NCBI GenBank assembly: GCA_965644295.1 | Contig: CBFFRP010000097.1 | Span: 186,001-250,000, forward strand | Origin: Paraphysomonas bandaiensis | Taxonomy: Eukaryota; Protista; Chrysophyceae | DNA: 64,000 nt | Direction: 5' to 3' | In this document: positions 11,323-22,334 of the stretch, one piece after another | Position numbering within the stretch: position 1 is the first letter of the stretch | Layout of the letters: every line of letters starts with the position of its first letter | The notes under the pieces: generated by a model | Told to the model about the DNA's origin: nothing | Database searches by the model: none | What the model saw: only the letters and a program-made list of their open reading frames with translations | Translations under genes and position numbers: made by a program

Positions 11323-12099
11323 ATGTCAACACCATGCAAATTTTTCCTCGCTGGTAAATGTACCAGAGGCGATAATTGTCGTTTCCTTCATGAGAAGGGT
11401 CCGTCATCGTCATCCCCATCAGTGTCTCCTGTCATAATTAATGTCCCCCCCGGGGCCCGTGTATACAGTATAGATGTAGAGTGTGCTGCTACATCGACCG
11501 GACATAATGGAAGATCTGTTTGTTCGATAGGTATGGTAGGGCCGATGGGAGAGCCTATTGCGAATATATTAGTCAAGTCAGATGATGTGGTGTCGTATCT
11601 GACCCCTCTAACTGGCGTTACATCTGAAGCTGTGCAGCAGTTTGGAGTATCTTTTAATGATGCCGTCGCACAAGTTCGATCATTTCTAGGGCCGAATGTC
11701 ATATTAGTAGGACAGAATATATTGAAAGATGTCCAGTGGCTAGGGCTGCAAGAAGGAGTGGATTACGCATCCTTGATTGACCTCGTTGCTCTTTTTCGAG
11801 TGTGGAACATTAAACGAAACGCATGGACAAACTTTTCTCAAGACCATGTTGCCCGCGTATGGTTAGGTATTGGTGATCGAGCTTCTCATAATGCACTTGA
11901 AGATGCGGGTATCTCGATGGCACTTTTTAACTGTTATTATAGTGTTCAACATGACCCTCATAGACTCCAAGAAATGCAAATGGTTACTTTGAATACTCCA
12001 ATTCAGCCAAGTTATGCCTCACGAAATGGCTCTATAGATGGTTGTTGTTTAGGTCATCGGAAAACCTGTACATGTGATGATGCTTTTTACATATCTTGA
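11323..12099 (+). CDS. CCCH zinc finger fused to a DEDDh 3'-5' RNA exonuclease (REX4-like)
   Basis: CKFFLAGKCTRGDNCRFLH (C-x7-C-x5-C-x3-H); ExoI SIDVEC, ExoII ILVGQNILKD, ExoIII HNALEDA. Single exon. Confidence 0.85.
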   Translation: MSTPCKFFLAGKCTRGDNCRFLHEKGPSSSSPSVSPVIINVPPGARVYSIDVECAATSTGHNGRSVCSIGMVGPMGEPIANILVKSDDVVSYLTPLTGVTSEAVQQFGVSFNDAVAQVRSFLGPNVILVGQNILKDVQWLGLQEGVDYASLIDLVALFRVWNIKRNAWTNFSQDHVARVWLGIGDRASHNALEDAGISMALFNCYYSVQHDPHRLQEMQMVTLNTPIQPSYASRNGSIDGCCLGHRKTCTCDDAFYIS

Positions 12100-12556
12100 A
12101 TCTATATTGCCGAGATAACTTATCTGACCTTACGTGGACGGGTACCGCCCTATCAGTATATTTATGTTTGAATACTTGGCGTAGTTTACAACAATTAATG
12201 TTTCCGTATGGTACAATATACAAAATAATGTTGTGATATAGTATAAATGATAAGAAACTGAGATATCATATTTGTACATAAAACTGGAGAGCTATTAGGA
12301 TTATAATTTGAAAAGCGAAAGCGTTACTTCTTAAGTCAAAATGAACTTGATTATATTTATATCTTAACTCTTATTTGAACAAGATCTAGCCTTAAACCAA
12401 CAACACATAGGATGAGGCAATGGGTTTGCTCTCCACCAGCAAAACTCAACATGTTCGCGCAATTATATACGCATTATTTGCAAGCAGAACGGTCGCACAC
12501 AAGGAATCCGGGATGTACTACGCATTATCCTATCATAGCTACTTATCGAGCCATTA

Positions 12557-12746
12557 CTAGGAGACGTTTTTCGAAAAAGCGGACCAATCCGGTCCCACTT
12601 ATGTTTTTGTGTTGTTTGTTTTCGTATGGAACAAAGCAGAACAGAGTGCAGAGCTTTGAAATGACAACATTTTTTTAGGACGAGTGGGACCATCAACGAT
12701 CCGACAAGTGGAGGGCTGGTCCACTTTGTCAAAAAATGTCTCCTAG
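12557..12746. mobile_element. MITE with 30-bp imperfect terminal inverted repeats
   Basis: Left CTAGGAGACGTTTTTCGAAAAAGCGGACCA vs reverse complement of right end CTAGGAGACATTTTTTGACAAAGTGGACCA (26/30). Inner inverted motif GGTCCCACT/AGTGGGACC. CTAG at both ends may be the target duplication. Confidence 0.7.
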
Positions 12747-13124
12747 GAGCTTCTAATTAATTAAAAACGTCCCGGCAATTATAATGGCATTACCATTAAT
12801 GGTTACCTGGCCCTGCTAGGAAGATCATATATATTTATGAATAACTATAAATTATACTTATAATTATGTGTTAAAAATGTTTCATTGCAGCAAAAATTTG
12901 TTAACCAGAAGAGTTACTAAAGTACACAGAAAGAGTTCAAATTATTATTATTCTCGATTGAAACACAGTATTTTTCCGGGACGAAACAGTGGATGCATAA
13001 TAAATGTATGATATCCAACACTACTGCACTGGATAGTACACTCATCATCCCAAATATAACTTCGGTATCCGTTTTCTGGAGATTGTCACCCTAAAAAGTA
13101 ACTTCCATATCCAGCCTCAAAATT

Positions 13125-14924
13125 TTAGCAGTGGTAATTGACATGATTATCGTCACCAACAGCAAGTCCGTCACTATCGATAACATTGTCGATACCGGAT
13201 CCACTGACGCCATTCAGAAACACGCTCACAGTCTTATCAATTTTTATATTCTTCGCACCAGCAGTATTTATTCCTATTGGAGCTCGAGAAGCTGCATCTC
13301 GAAAGTACGAATAGCATCCCATTCCAGTGGCAATATGTCCGTCCACATTCTCTCCCAATTTGTAACAAGAGTGATCCCAGGTAGAATCAAGATAATCGTA
13401 CATGATTTCAGCTTGAAAAAAGTACGTAAGCCCATTACTTCCATTCCAAACTACGTTGTCTTCAATAGTATGTTCTACTGCAAGACCATAGGCGAATACA
13501 TTGTCAGCATTAACAATGAGTCCATTGAAAACTGGGTTTTCGGAATTGTAAGTTAGACCATCCACTCCATGGTCAGCACGCCACAGCCATGTATTGTCAA
13601 TGACAGTATACCCACTCTGAATTAAAATCATCGTTCCAACTGGTCCAACTCCTGTGGAGGGCCCACCAACGCGGGCAAACACATCAGTTAGTACTGTTGG
13701 ATTTGAGGCGACTCCGATGTAGGCGCCTGATTCTCCAACTTGAAGCATCGCCCCATTCGTTTCATAGTGACCAGCCTCCAGAAGAACCCCTGCAACACGA
13801 ACCCCTGGAACATCAGATATACGGATACATGGTTCTCCATTTGACGGCGCAATGAGAGTTGCCAAACCCAATCCTAGAAGGACTTGGTTCTCATTGGGAA
13901 TAACCAGAGATGAATCGAGAGAGTAAACACCAGGAGACACCACCACATGCAATCCAGCCGACAGCTTGGCATTTATAGTTTCCGAAGAGTCCCCTGGCTG
14001 AGTTACATATACATCCGAGAAATCAATTATCTTCGCGCTAGGGTATCCCGTGGAGGTCCATGATAAGCCAGAGCTATCTGTTTGTGGAGATGGGACAATT
14101 AACTTGTACGACTTGCCGCCATCAAGTGTGGTTACGTAGGGCTTCTCAGCAACCAATGGAACAGTGGGCTCCACTGCAATTGATGCTTGAGAGCTCTCAG
14201 TATTGCTTTCTCCACACTGTGCGGCAGGGGCACCATTTACCCCTACAAACACACCATTCCATACTGGAGCTTCGAATCCGCCACCACTACTTGAGCTTCG
14301 GATCATAAATTGCTGTTGCGATCCGAACTTTGTCCGGCCTCCAACATCAACACCAGAACCCCAACCACCAGACGCATAACCAGCCGCACAACAGTACTGA
14401 GATAAGTATTCAAAAAAGAGTAGGTCGTTATCCACTTTGACATTGCGAAGAGGGGCGGCTTGGGAGACAACCCATGACATCCCAGTACCAACCTCCCAGG
14501 TATAATTGGACATAGAATGAAAATTTTCAGCAGAACGCCAAAATGTTGTTAACGCACCAGTTTCATAAGATCCACATGCCTCTTCAGCATACACACCTTT
14601 GCCACCATCGAACACAGTGTCTGTGGGTGCCATACCTAACCCATAGGCCGATGTGTAGTATCCGATAGGGACATCAAGATCTCTATAGGTACCCGGCATG
14701 AATAAAAACGCAAATCTTTCACTTGAAAACTCGCCATTATTACATGAGGTACGCGGGTCACCGCCATTGATAGCATACGCAGCCCCCACAACTCCCTCTA
14801 TATCAGACGATGACATATCAGGTGAAAACACACTCACAGTGGACGGCCATACAGGAGGGTTCGGTTCAAGACCACCCAGAACACTACCAATTAAGGTGAT
14901 AATAAATAAAGAGAAGTATATCAT
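13125..14924 (-). CDS. Secreted bacterial-type GH55 exo-beta-1,3-glucanase (laminarinase)-like protein
   Basis: Signal peptide MIYFSLFIITLIGSVLG. Motifs ERFAFLFMPGTY, GYYTSAYGLG, FWRSAENF, SQAAPLR, GYASGG, SQQQF, WLWRADH, YGLAVEH and FFQAEIMYD match actinobacterial GH55 beta-helix enzymes. No introns. Confidence 0.75.
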   Translation of the reverse strand: MIYFSLFIITLIGSVLGGLEPNPPVWPSTVSVFSPDMSSSDIEGVVGAAYAINGGDPRTSCNNGEFSSERFAFLFMPGTYRDLDVPIGYYTSAYGLGMAPTDTVFDGGKGVYAEEACGSYETGALTTFWRSAENFHSMSNYTWEVGTGMSWVVSQAAPLRNVKVDNDLLFFEYLSQYCCAAGYASGGWGSGVDVGGRTKFGSQQQFMIRSSSSGGGFEAPVWNGVFVGVNGAPAAQCGESNTESSQASIAVEPTVPLVAEKPYVTTLDGGKSYKLIVPSPQTDSSGLSWTSTGYPSAKIIDFSDVYVTQPGDSSETINAKLSAGLHVVVSPGVYSLDSSLVIPNENQVLLGLGLATLIAPSNGEPCIRISDVPGVRVAGVLLEAGHYETNGAMLQVGESGAYIGVASNPTVLTDVFARVGGPSTGVGPVGTMILIQSGYTVIDNTWLWRADHGVDGLTYNSENPVFNGLIVNADNVFAYGLAVEHTIEDNVVWNGSNGLTYFFQAEIMYDYLDSTWDHSCYKLGENVDGHIATGMGCYSYFRDAASRAPIGINTAGAKNIKIDKTVSVFLNGVSGSGIDNVIDSDGLAVGDDNHVNYHC

Positions 14925-14999
14925 GATTACGGATTTAAAGATACATACATATCAATAGCTTCACGTGGAATGATGATGATGATGATGATGTTGTCACCT

Positions 15000-15121
15000 C
15001 GTATCGGCAGTCAGCATCTCATTTTGCGGAAATAAATTGAAACAAAATTCTTCTATATTACTGAGCAATAACTACGGCTGGAATACACATAATTATTGTC
15101 TCAATATTAGATGCCGATACG
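15000..15121. mobile_element. 122-bp MITE, copy 1 of a dispersed repeat
   Basis: Perfect 10-bp terminal inverted repeat CGTATCGGCA...TGCCGATACG; a related sequence lies at 57145-57259. Confidence 0.65.
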
Positions 15122-15351
15122 CTCTCTAGTACAAGAACTGCCTGTACGACATACAGTTGTACATACAGCAGTATACGGTATATGCATACCTACCTAGCTA
15201 GGGGAATACCTACCTACCTCTTACATACGTACATACCAATCTACATGCATACACATATATGTAGGAGCTTGACGAGGATCTTTGCAGGTTGTGATACGAC
15301 TTTGATCAAGATAATTTTAAACAGCAATACGTTCCACTTTACGTTATTTTG

Positions 15352-16956
15352 ATGATCGAGAGCATCGATATATCTCATAGGCGGAATGCAGTTGTGGATA
15401 AGAACATCGTGTATTTATTTATGCTGGTGTCTGCTTCCTACATGCTGCCATGGACCGCTATAGGGTCATTGTTACACTACTTTGCAGGAAAATATGGCGA
15501 CAAGTATTTTGTTTTTCTTAATGTTGCTTTTTACGGTAACTTATACGGTATCTGCGTATGTGGTGTACTGATATATATATACAGGAATTGGACTGCCGTT
15601 GTCGTACAGTCAGAAAAAGTTTGATATATATTTTGATGCTATTTATGGATCCAAGTTTCTTTTTCGAAGACGTCTTTGGATTTCTATGTCGATACTCTTT
15701 GTTTGTCTTCTTTGTGGTCCGTTTACAGGTGAAATAGGCACTCTTGGGATTGTAGTCGTTATCGGACTCTGTACGTGGTCCAGTCATGGATGCGCTACTA
15801 CTTTAGCCAGTATAGTTAAAATGAATAGTAGCACTATGCAGCAGATAGGATTTGCTTTTCCTGGTATATTCAGTGTGATAATGGTGATGACCCTCAATAT
15901 GGAAGGGGATGTTTCTAGCACACGACTCATACTCTTCTACTATATCACAGCTGCACTTGTTTTACCTGGGCTGTTCGCGTGGGTAAGAAATCATGAAGGA
16001 CTGATATGTGATATCTAACTATGAAATTCTACAGATTATTTTGTGTCGGTCCAATTTAGTTAGGAGTGCATTAGAAGCAAAGGACGAGTCGATGGGTGGA
16101 ATGGTCGTACGCACAGCTGAAGATCTTGGGGTACCAGTTAAGACAGGACCATCAGCATATAGCCCTCTTGTTCTTGAGGATTGTTCCGAGGAAGAAAATG
16201 CCACACAAAAGACTTTAGATAAGGAACAGCAATATCGGAAGCCATCGTTAGTGGAAATTCTATTCTCATCCAACACTACAACAGTGCTTGACGACTCTCG
16301 GCGGCTACTTAAGACCCACCCCAGTCTCCTCAAGCATGCATTTGATGACGAGAGCATTACTACCTCTATATCCACTCATAGATGGACTCTTTTCTTGACC
16401 ATATCAATATCAATTTTGCAGGGATCACTACTTTCGTACACCTGCGGGTGTACTCTATGGGGGGAGGCCCTCCCACCTCTCCTGTACTTCGTTAGGATAT
16501 TTGCCGATCTTCTTGGCAGACCGCTCGCACTGCTTCCAAAACCCCCATTTCTTGAATCAATAAAGGGAGTTCTTTGCGGGTCCATCGTGCGAGTGTTAGC
16601 CTCGTTGTACTTTTTCTACACCATCCATAATATATCCCCCAATCCGGAACATCTTCATAACACTCTAGAACAATCCCTAACGCTTGTCATGTTCCAGGTA
16701 CGTCATAATTCTTTACTTACCACATATGTTTATTGGAATTTTTCAATAGGCAGTTTTTTCTGCACTGTCTGGGTATTTTAATTGCCTCACATACGAGTAT
16801 GCGTCATCTGCATTCTCTACAGACACAGAACGCCTCGTCGCAGCACAATATTTAAATCTTACGTTTCAAGCTGCATGTACTGTGGGTGTATCGGCTGCTA
16901 TCACGATAGTCATTATTGTTGAGTACTACAACCCTTGCACACATGGGGTATGCTGA
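15352..16956 (+). CDS. Equilibrative nucleoside transporter (SLC29/ENT)-like multi-pass membrane protein, 4 exons
   Basis: About 10-11 hydrophobic segments after splicing (introns near 15536-15584, 15982-16033, 16698-16749). ENT-like motifs SYMLPWTAI, IFADLLGR, ALSGYFN. Stop TGA at 16954-16956. Confidence 0.6.
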
Positions 16957-17797
16957 TAGGTTGTATAATCCAGTTCACAATTTCAATGCATATAATTCGT
17001 CATCTTGGCTAATACAGAATCTGTTTCAATATGTATTTTGTAGATATCGTATGTATTAGCAATTATTGATCGACAAAGCATTATAGTATTACCCTATATA
17101 AAACTCTGATCGCATGTCATTATAAGTTATGGAATTGGCCTCGTGAAATATTATAAATTGTTCAAACCAGTCAAGTTCTAATTGATGGGTAGGTTGTGTT
17201 ATTTTTTTGAATGGAAAGAAGTTATGTTTTGATGAGGTGAGTAACGTAAACACCTATCGAAATAATATAGTATAAATCTGACAGTAGTTCCTATATTTAT
17301 CATATTTTGGTGGTACCGGTCTAATAGCACACAAGGGACGAAGTAGAGAAATATAAAATGGAATAGTATTAACTTATGAACTATGAACTACTTCTTAACT
17401 TCACCACTACTTAAATTCCATATACAGTTTCATACATATAGTATATGAATGACGACGATGTTGAGCTAATACTCACTATCTTCACAACCGAGCGTTACAT
17501 AATAAAGGTACAGAGTATAGTTGTAGTACATGGCATAACCAGCCTCCCCGTGTAGTAAAACTGCCTCTTCGGTCGTTCTATGAGTAGATCTTTCTCTGTG
17601 CTTCAATAAATAGACTATAGTGATGTTGTCGGAGTCCATATATCACAACTACATTGTCGTAAATAGAGTTCAACCTTAATGATGTAGCCTGATACTCTAC
17701 CCCAAGGAGGCGAAGGATGATGACACTCAGAGGGCACAAGATGTCCATAGATGTGGTATGGGTGCATTGAAAATGCTGTATATTGTGACGAAAAATC

Positions 17798-19224
17798 GGT
17801 GTGCCCCCACTCTATCGAAACCAACTTCATCGATTTCCACTTCCTATATTCCCACTTCCTATAAATCCCACTTCCTATAAAAGCTGGAAAACCCGGATTT
17901 CCTATATCCATATATATGTGTCCTCACAGTCTTCAAGGGCACGAATTGCCGTTGTTGGTAGAAGTCCAATATCAGTGCACGATATAAATATTCCACCTGA
18001 TTCTCCATTGAGGAATTTGCCTTCGTCTAATGAACTCTTCTTACGTCATGTTGGAGATTTGCGTGACAGTAAGTGTCTTATTTTCCATACAGATGCCTTT
18101 TTTTGAGAGGTTGTGTGGTGCAAATATGGTGTACACCGACGGCACATTTAAAGTTATGCCAATAATTTTTGGAAACAGCGGCCAGCTCTTGACTATCCAT
18201 TTCATAACTGGAGAAAGATCAATGCCGGGTTTGTATGCCATACTACCAGGAAAATCAAAAAAGGCATCTGTATGGAAAATAAGACACTTACTGTCACGCA
18301 AATCTCCAACATGACGTAAGAAGAGTTCATTAGACGAAGGCAAATTCCTCAATGGAGAATCAGGTGGAATATTTATATCGTGCACTGATATTGGACTTCA
18401 TGAGGTGAGAGAATCATGAGTTCTAAAATGCGCAAATCCACGAGCAGCAACGTATTCTGGTGACGTAAGCTCAGGATTTTGCAATGATATGGCCATCGTA
18501 CGATATGCATCGACAACGCCATTGGCAAAATGAGCAAGAAACTGGGCCTTTGCTTGCCTATTGATATAGACTATCTCCGTCACCTGGCATGGAGTCTCAA
18601 GATTTTCAGCTTCAGTTTCTTCGTAATCAAATACCACAGCTGTGTGGGGCTTGGTCACTCGAATGTCAGTGTCTTCTGACTCTCTTGTCGATACGGCCCG
18701 GCCCGTGCACGCATCCCCAGCCTCACATACCCAATATACTTTGTACCGTCCATCAACAGTTTGCTTCAGAGAATTCCGAGTGTACACATGTCGTTGCCAG
18801 TACAATAGACGCCTCTGTTTGGACGATAGCAATGGTAATTGTTTGTTGAACATTGTGACTATGTATCCACAATGAGATTATAGATGGAATGGTATGTTTC
18901 TGTACCATTCCCTCTATATGAGATTGGTATCCATGTCGACAGTGTTGCTGAGGATCAAGCCGTGTCAGGTGACAGTGTATGCCTATGGACGGAGTGTTAT
19001 GTGAGCGATACGCCTCCAGCATGCATTGGACCCACCATGATAGCCGTTGACCATGGTAATTGAGGTACAGGAATTCGACGAGAGAAAAGTGGGGTTTTGA
19101 GCAGTTTATAGGAAATGGGATTATAGGAAATGGGATTGTAGGTTTTGGGATTATAGCAAAAGGGCATTATTTTTATAGGAAGTGGGTTTTATAGGAAGTG
19201 GGTTTATAGGAACTGGGGTGGGAT
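17798..19224 (-). mobile_element. Internally deleted and rearranged Mutator-like (MULE) DNA transposon
   Basis: Flanked by the direct repeat CGAAAAATC (17789-17797 and 19225-19233; 9-bp TSD typical of MULEs). Inverted subterminal arrays CCCACTTCCTATA / TATAGGAAGTGGG. FLYWCH-like Zn finger ORF on minus (18853-18398: YWVCEAGDACTGRA...KPH) and MULE DDE N-terminal motif YTDGTFKV...QLLTIH...LYAILPGKS on plus (18105-18262). Confidence 0.85.
17961..18399. repeat. 143-bp perfect inverted repeat with about 153-bp spacer inside the MULE
   Basis: 17961-18103 (GAAGTCCAATATCAGTGCACG...CAGATGCCTTTTTT) is the reverse complement of 18257-18399; both translate PISVHDINIPPDSPLRNLPSSNELFLRHVGDLRDSKCLIFHTDAFF. 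Confidence 0.95.
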
Positions 19225-19491
19225 CGAAAAATCCTGCTTTTTATTTTAATTTCAAGAGTTTTTTGGCTAACCATAAAAGAAAAGTTTATTTTATTTCAGT
19301 CCAATATTTTGGTTGTGTGAGTGATATGAGGTCGCTCATTGGTTATGTATGGAGCATGATGTCACTATACCACATGCTGCTGTACCTCTCATATATATAG
19401 CTGCTATACATGCATATATAACACAAGGCAACAGCTGTGGGGGCATATATAATAATATAGAATGGACAATTAACATACACATGTCTAATGT

Positions 19492-20836
19492 ATGTCTGTT
19501 ATTGCAAGTGTGAAAAGTTTGGTTATAAATAAAGTGGTTGGGAGGCCGAGATATATCAGGACCATGCCAGTGAAAGCACGCGACCATACAAAGAAAAGGA
19601 AACGCGATCCAACCACTACAGAGATACCTAGAGAGGATGCTGAATCGAAGACAGTTGATTCCTATACTGTTTTGAACCAACTGACATGGAGAGATCTTAA
19701 TATATCGCCGAATGAAATGACACCGTGCTACACACTAGTCACTGGCCAGTGTTTTAATTGGCAGAGAATCGACAACAGCAATGTATGGGTGGGAGTGATT
19801 GGAAAGCGTCCTTTTGCTTTGCGTCAGGAGCCAACTACAACGTTTTATGCGTGCTTACAAGAGGGGGTTGATGATAGTGAACAGCGTGTGATTCTTCAGG
19901 AATATTTCCAACTGAATCATTCCATTTCGGAACTTTATGAAGAGGTTCGTACTACTAAAGGTGATGCTTAATTATTGTTAATGTCTTTATAGTGGAGTAC
20001 TCAGTGCCCACGAATGAAAATTGTTACGACATGCATACCTGGTGGGTGGTGATTGATTTATTCATTTGAAGTTGATGTGAAGTTCAGGAGTCAGAGTGGT
20101 AAGACAAGATCCGTGGGAATGTCTAGCTTCATTCATATTTTCATCTAATAACAACATTAAAAGAATAACGAAGGGTCTACAAGGGTTACGGGCCCAGTAT
20201 GGTGAACATCTTTGCACTCTTCATTGGACAGCAAGTGATGACGCATGGCGAGTGTCAGAAGACCCTATATTAGATGGGGCAGAAACAGAGCGTATAGTAC
20301 CTTTGTATTCATTCCCCTCTGCAGCTGCTCTCCTGGCCAATTCTTCAGAGGAGAAATTGCGCGCATTAGGAATGGGATACCGTGCACGGTTTTTGATTGA
20401 GAGCAGTCGCCACGTTTGCGACATGGGCGGCGAGCAATGGCTGTTGAACATGAGGTCACGGGAACGTGAGGAAGTGCAAAAAGAACTCATCACTCTCTGT
20501 GGTGTTGGTCTGAAAGTTGCTGACTGTGTGGCACTGTTTTCCTTAGACCAAGCAGATGCGGTACCAGTTGATACTCATGTATGGGATATCGCTATTAGAG
20601 ATTATGCACCATCTCTGGCAGAGGCGAAGAGTCTCACACCTACTGTATACAGCCGTGTGGGAGACATATTTCGAGAAATATTTCCTAAGAAAGCTGGATG
20701 GGCACATAGCGTTTTATTTGCAGCAGAATTACCAGAATTCAGATCGCTTTTACCTAGCGACGTGCAAGAGGAAATGAAAAATTTTGTAGTAGAGCAGAAA
20801 GCAAAAAAACAAGCTCTTAAGAAAAAACAAAAATGA
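19492..20836 (+). CDS. OGG1: 8-oxoguanine DNA glycosylase/AP lyase, 3 exons
   Basis: TLVTGQCFNW, GVRVVRQDPWECLASFIFSSNNNIKRI, LGMGYRA, helix-hairpin-helix LCGVGLKVADCVALFSL, VPVDTHVW, AGWAHSVLF. Introns near 19945-19992 and 20043-20087. Confidence 0.95.
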
Positions 20837-20994
20837 ATATACGACATGTACTAAATATAATAAATTTATAGTCCTATTATAATGATATACAGATTCATGG
20901 ATATTATGTACTGAGGTCTAGGGAGGACTAGTGTTTTTACTATAGTAAGTCCGAGCTGTGTATTTGTTCAATACGGGTCAGTGTATGGTCTTAA

Positions 20995-22330
20995 CCACAC
21001 TCATTAACCACAGTCAGTAACCACACTTATAAGCAGTACTATATTTACGTTCATATCTATTAAATTTATTGTATTACTCTACTAAATAGTACTATCAGAG
21101 AGTGTGCTTGCATACACATACAAATCGTTTGCTAGAGTTTGACAATAACCAAAGTACTCAAAATCTTCGGAATCGACATTCATTATATGACGATATGCGT
21201 TGACAGTGTTTTCTATTATACAACAAAACATAAACGAGTTATGCTCTCCCGCCTCACCCAAACGCCCATTGCCACCATCCCTGTGTGGTCATACCGTCAT
21301 ACACTCTGTTTGATTTGCTTGTTGTATTTGTCATAGGCATAAAACAGCTTGTAATAGTCATCAATCACAGGAATACATATATGATGTCGAGACCTTGGTT
21401 GTCCGCCTCGTGTACGCATTACTTAATACTGTGTGTTGCTTCCCATCTTTCCTATGAGCGTGCACAACTATTTGCTTCTTTCTTTTGTTCTATACCCCTT
21501 CCATTTTCCCCACATATCAACTCCGTGCTGCACCAATCGTGTCTACGCAGGAATTGCTTCGGATTAATAATCCCTCAACGAATACTCTTAAACTTCAAGG
21601 AGACATCTTCAGAGTAGAGCTTGTCAAACGTAAAGTTGGCAGTGAATGTTTCGGCAAATAGTATGCCAAACGACGTAATCGTAGGATAATTTCTTCTGAA
21701 CTCTTTTCGGTATTATTCCAATCCTTAACACAGTGGACGGACCTTCTTCTGGACACCAGTAAACACGAATTGTTCGCCATACATACGAATCCAAATAGCA
21801 CGCATCTTATATCTTACTCACAGTGAACAGCACAGAGTTTCCTTTGTTGAAAACGAGGTGCTCAGGATCTATATCTCGAGCAATTGTCGTGACAAGTGCA
21901 GGTGTAACAAACTAAAGAAATATGCTCAGGAGCGTTAGCCTTCGCAGCTCTAACGTTGGATATTGACTGAGAAGGTCTGAATCTGGCAAATGAAACGATT
22001 CATGTCTCAAACCAATCCGCTTCCACTGTTTTTGAACCTTCTTCGACTCAGCCCCTATTTTGGCTCGTTGTGCAGCCTTCTCTATGCGCTCTTTAGTATT
22101 GGATCTGCTCTCCTTTGGAGACATCTTTAAGTATAAGAATGAGTCGAATATAATGAAGTTACCTGCACATCATTTTGCCCTGTGATTGGGTCACTGGGAG
22201 TGCTGTCCGCTGCTGTCATATGAATTCACATACTTCCTTTGAGTCCAGTCCGAATTGACTGTTACGTTTTTTCCGTACATAACAACAGTGTTTTTTGTGC
22301 TGTGAAGGTGAGTGTGGTTTTTGAGTGTGG
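20995..22330 (-). mobile_element. Degenerate piggyBac-like DNA transposon
   Basis: TTAA|CCACACTCATTAACCACAGTCA ... TGAGTGTGGTTTTTGAGTGTGG|TTAA, i.e. a TTAA duplication plus CC-initiated imperfect TIRs. Stop-riddled minus-strand frames (LLSIFL*FVTPALVTTI..., KMLAIWIRMYGEQ) loosely resemble a PGBD N-terminus. Confidence 0.55.
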
Positions 22331-22334
22331 TTAA

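Noticed and set aside
19105-19222. TTATAGGAA[A/G]TGGG repeats resembling telomeric or CRISPR repeats
   Set aside because: No unique spacers or cas genes; they are mirrored at 17835-17905 and bounded by a TSD, so they are transposon subterminal repeats.
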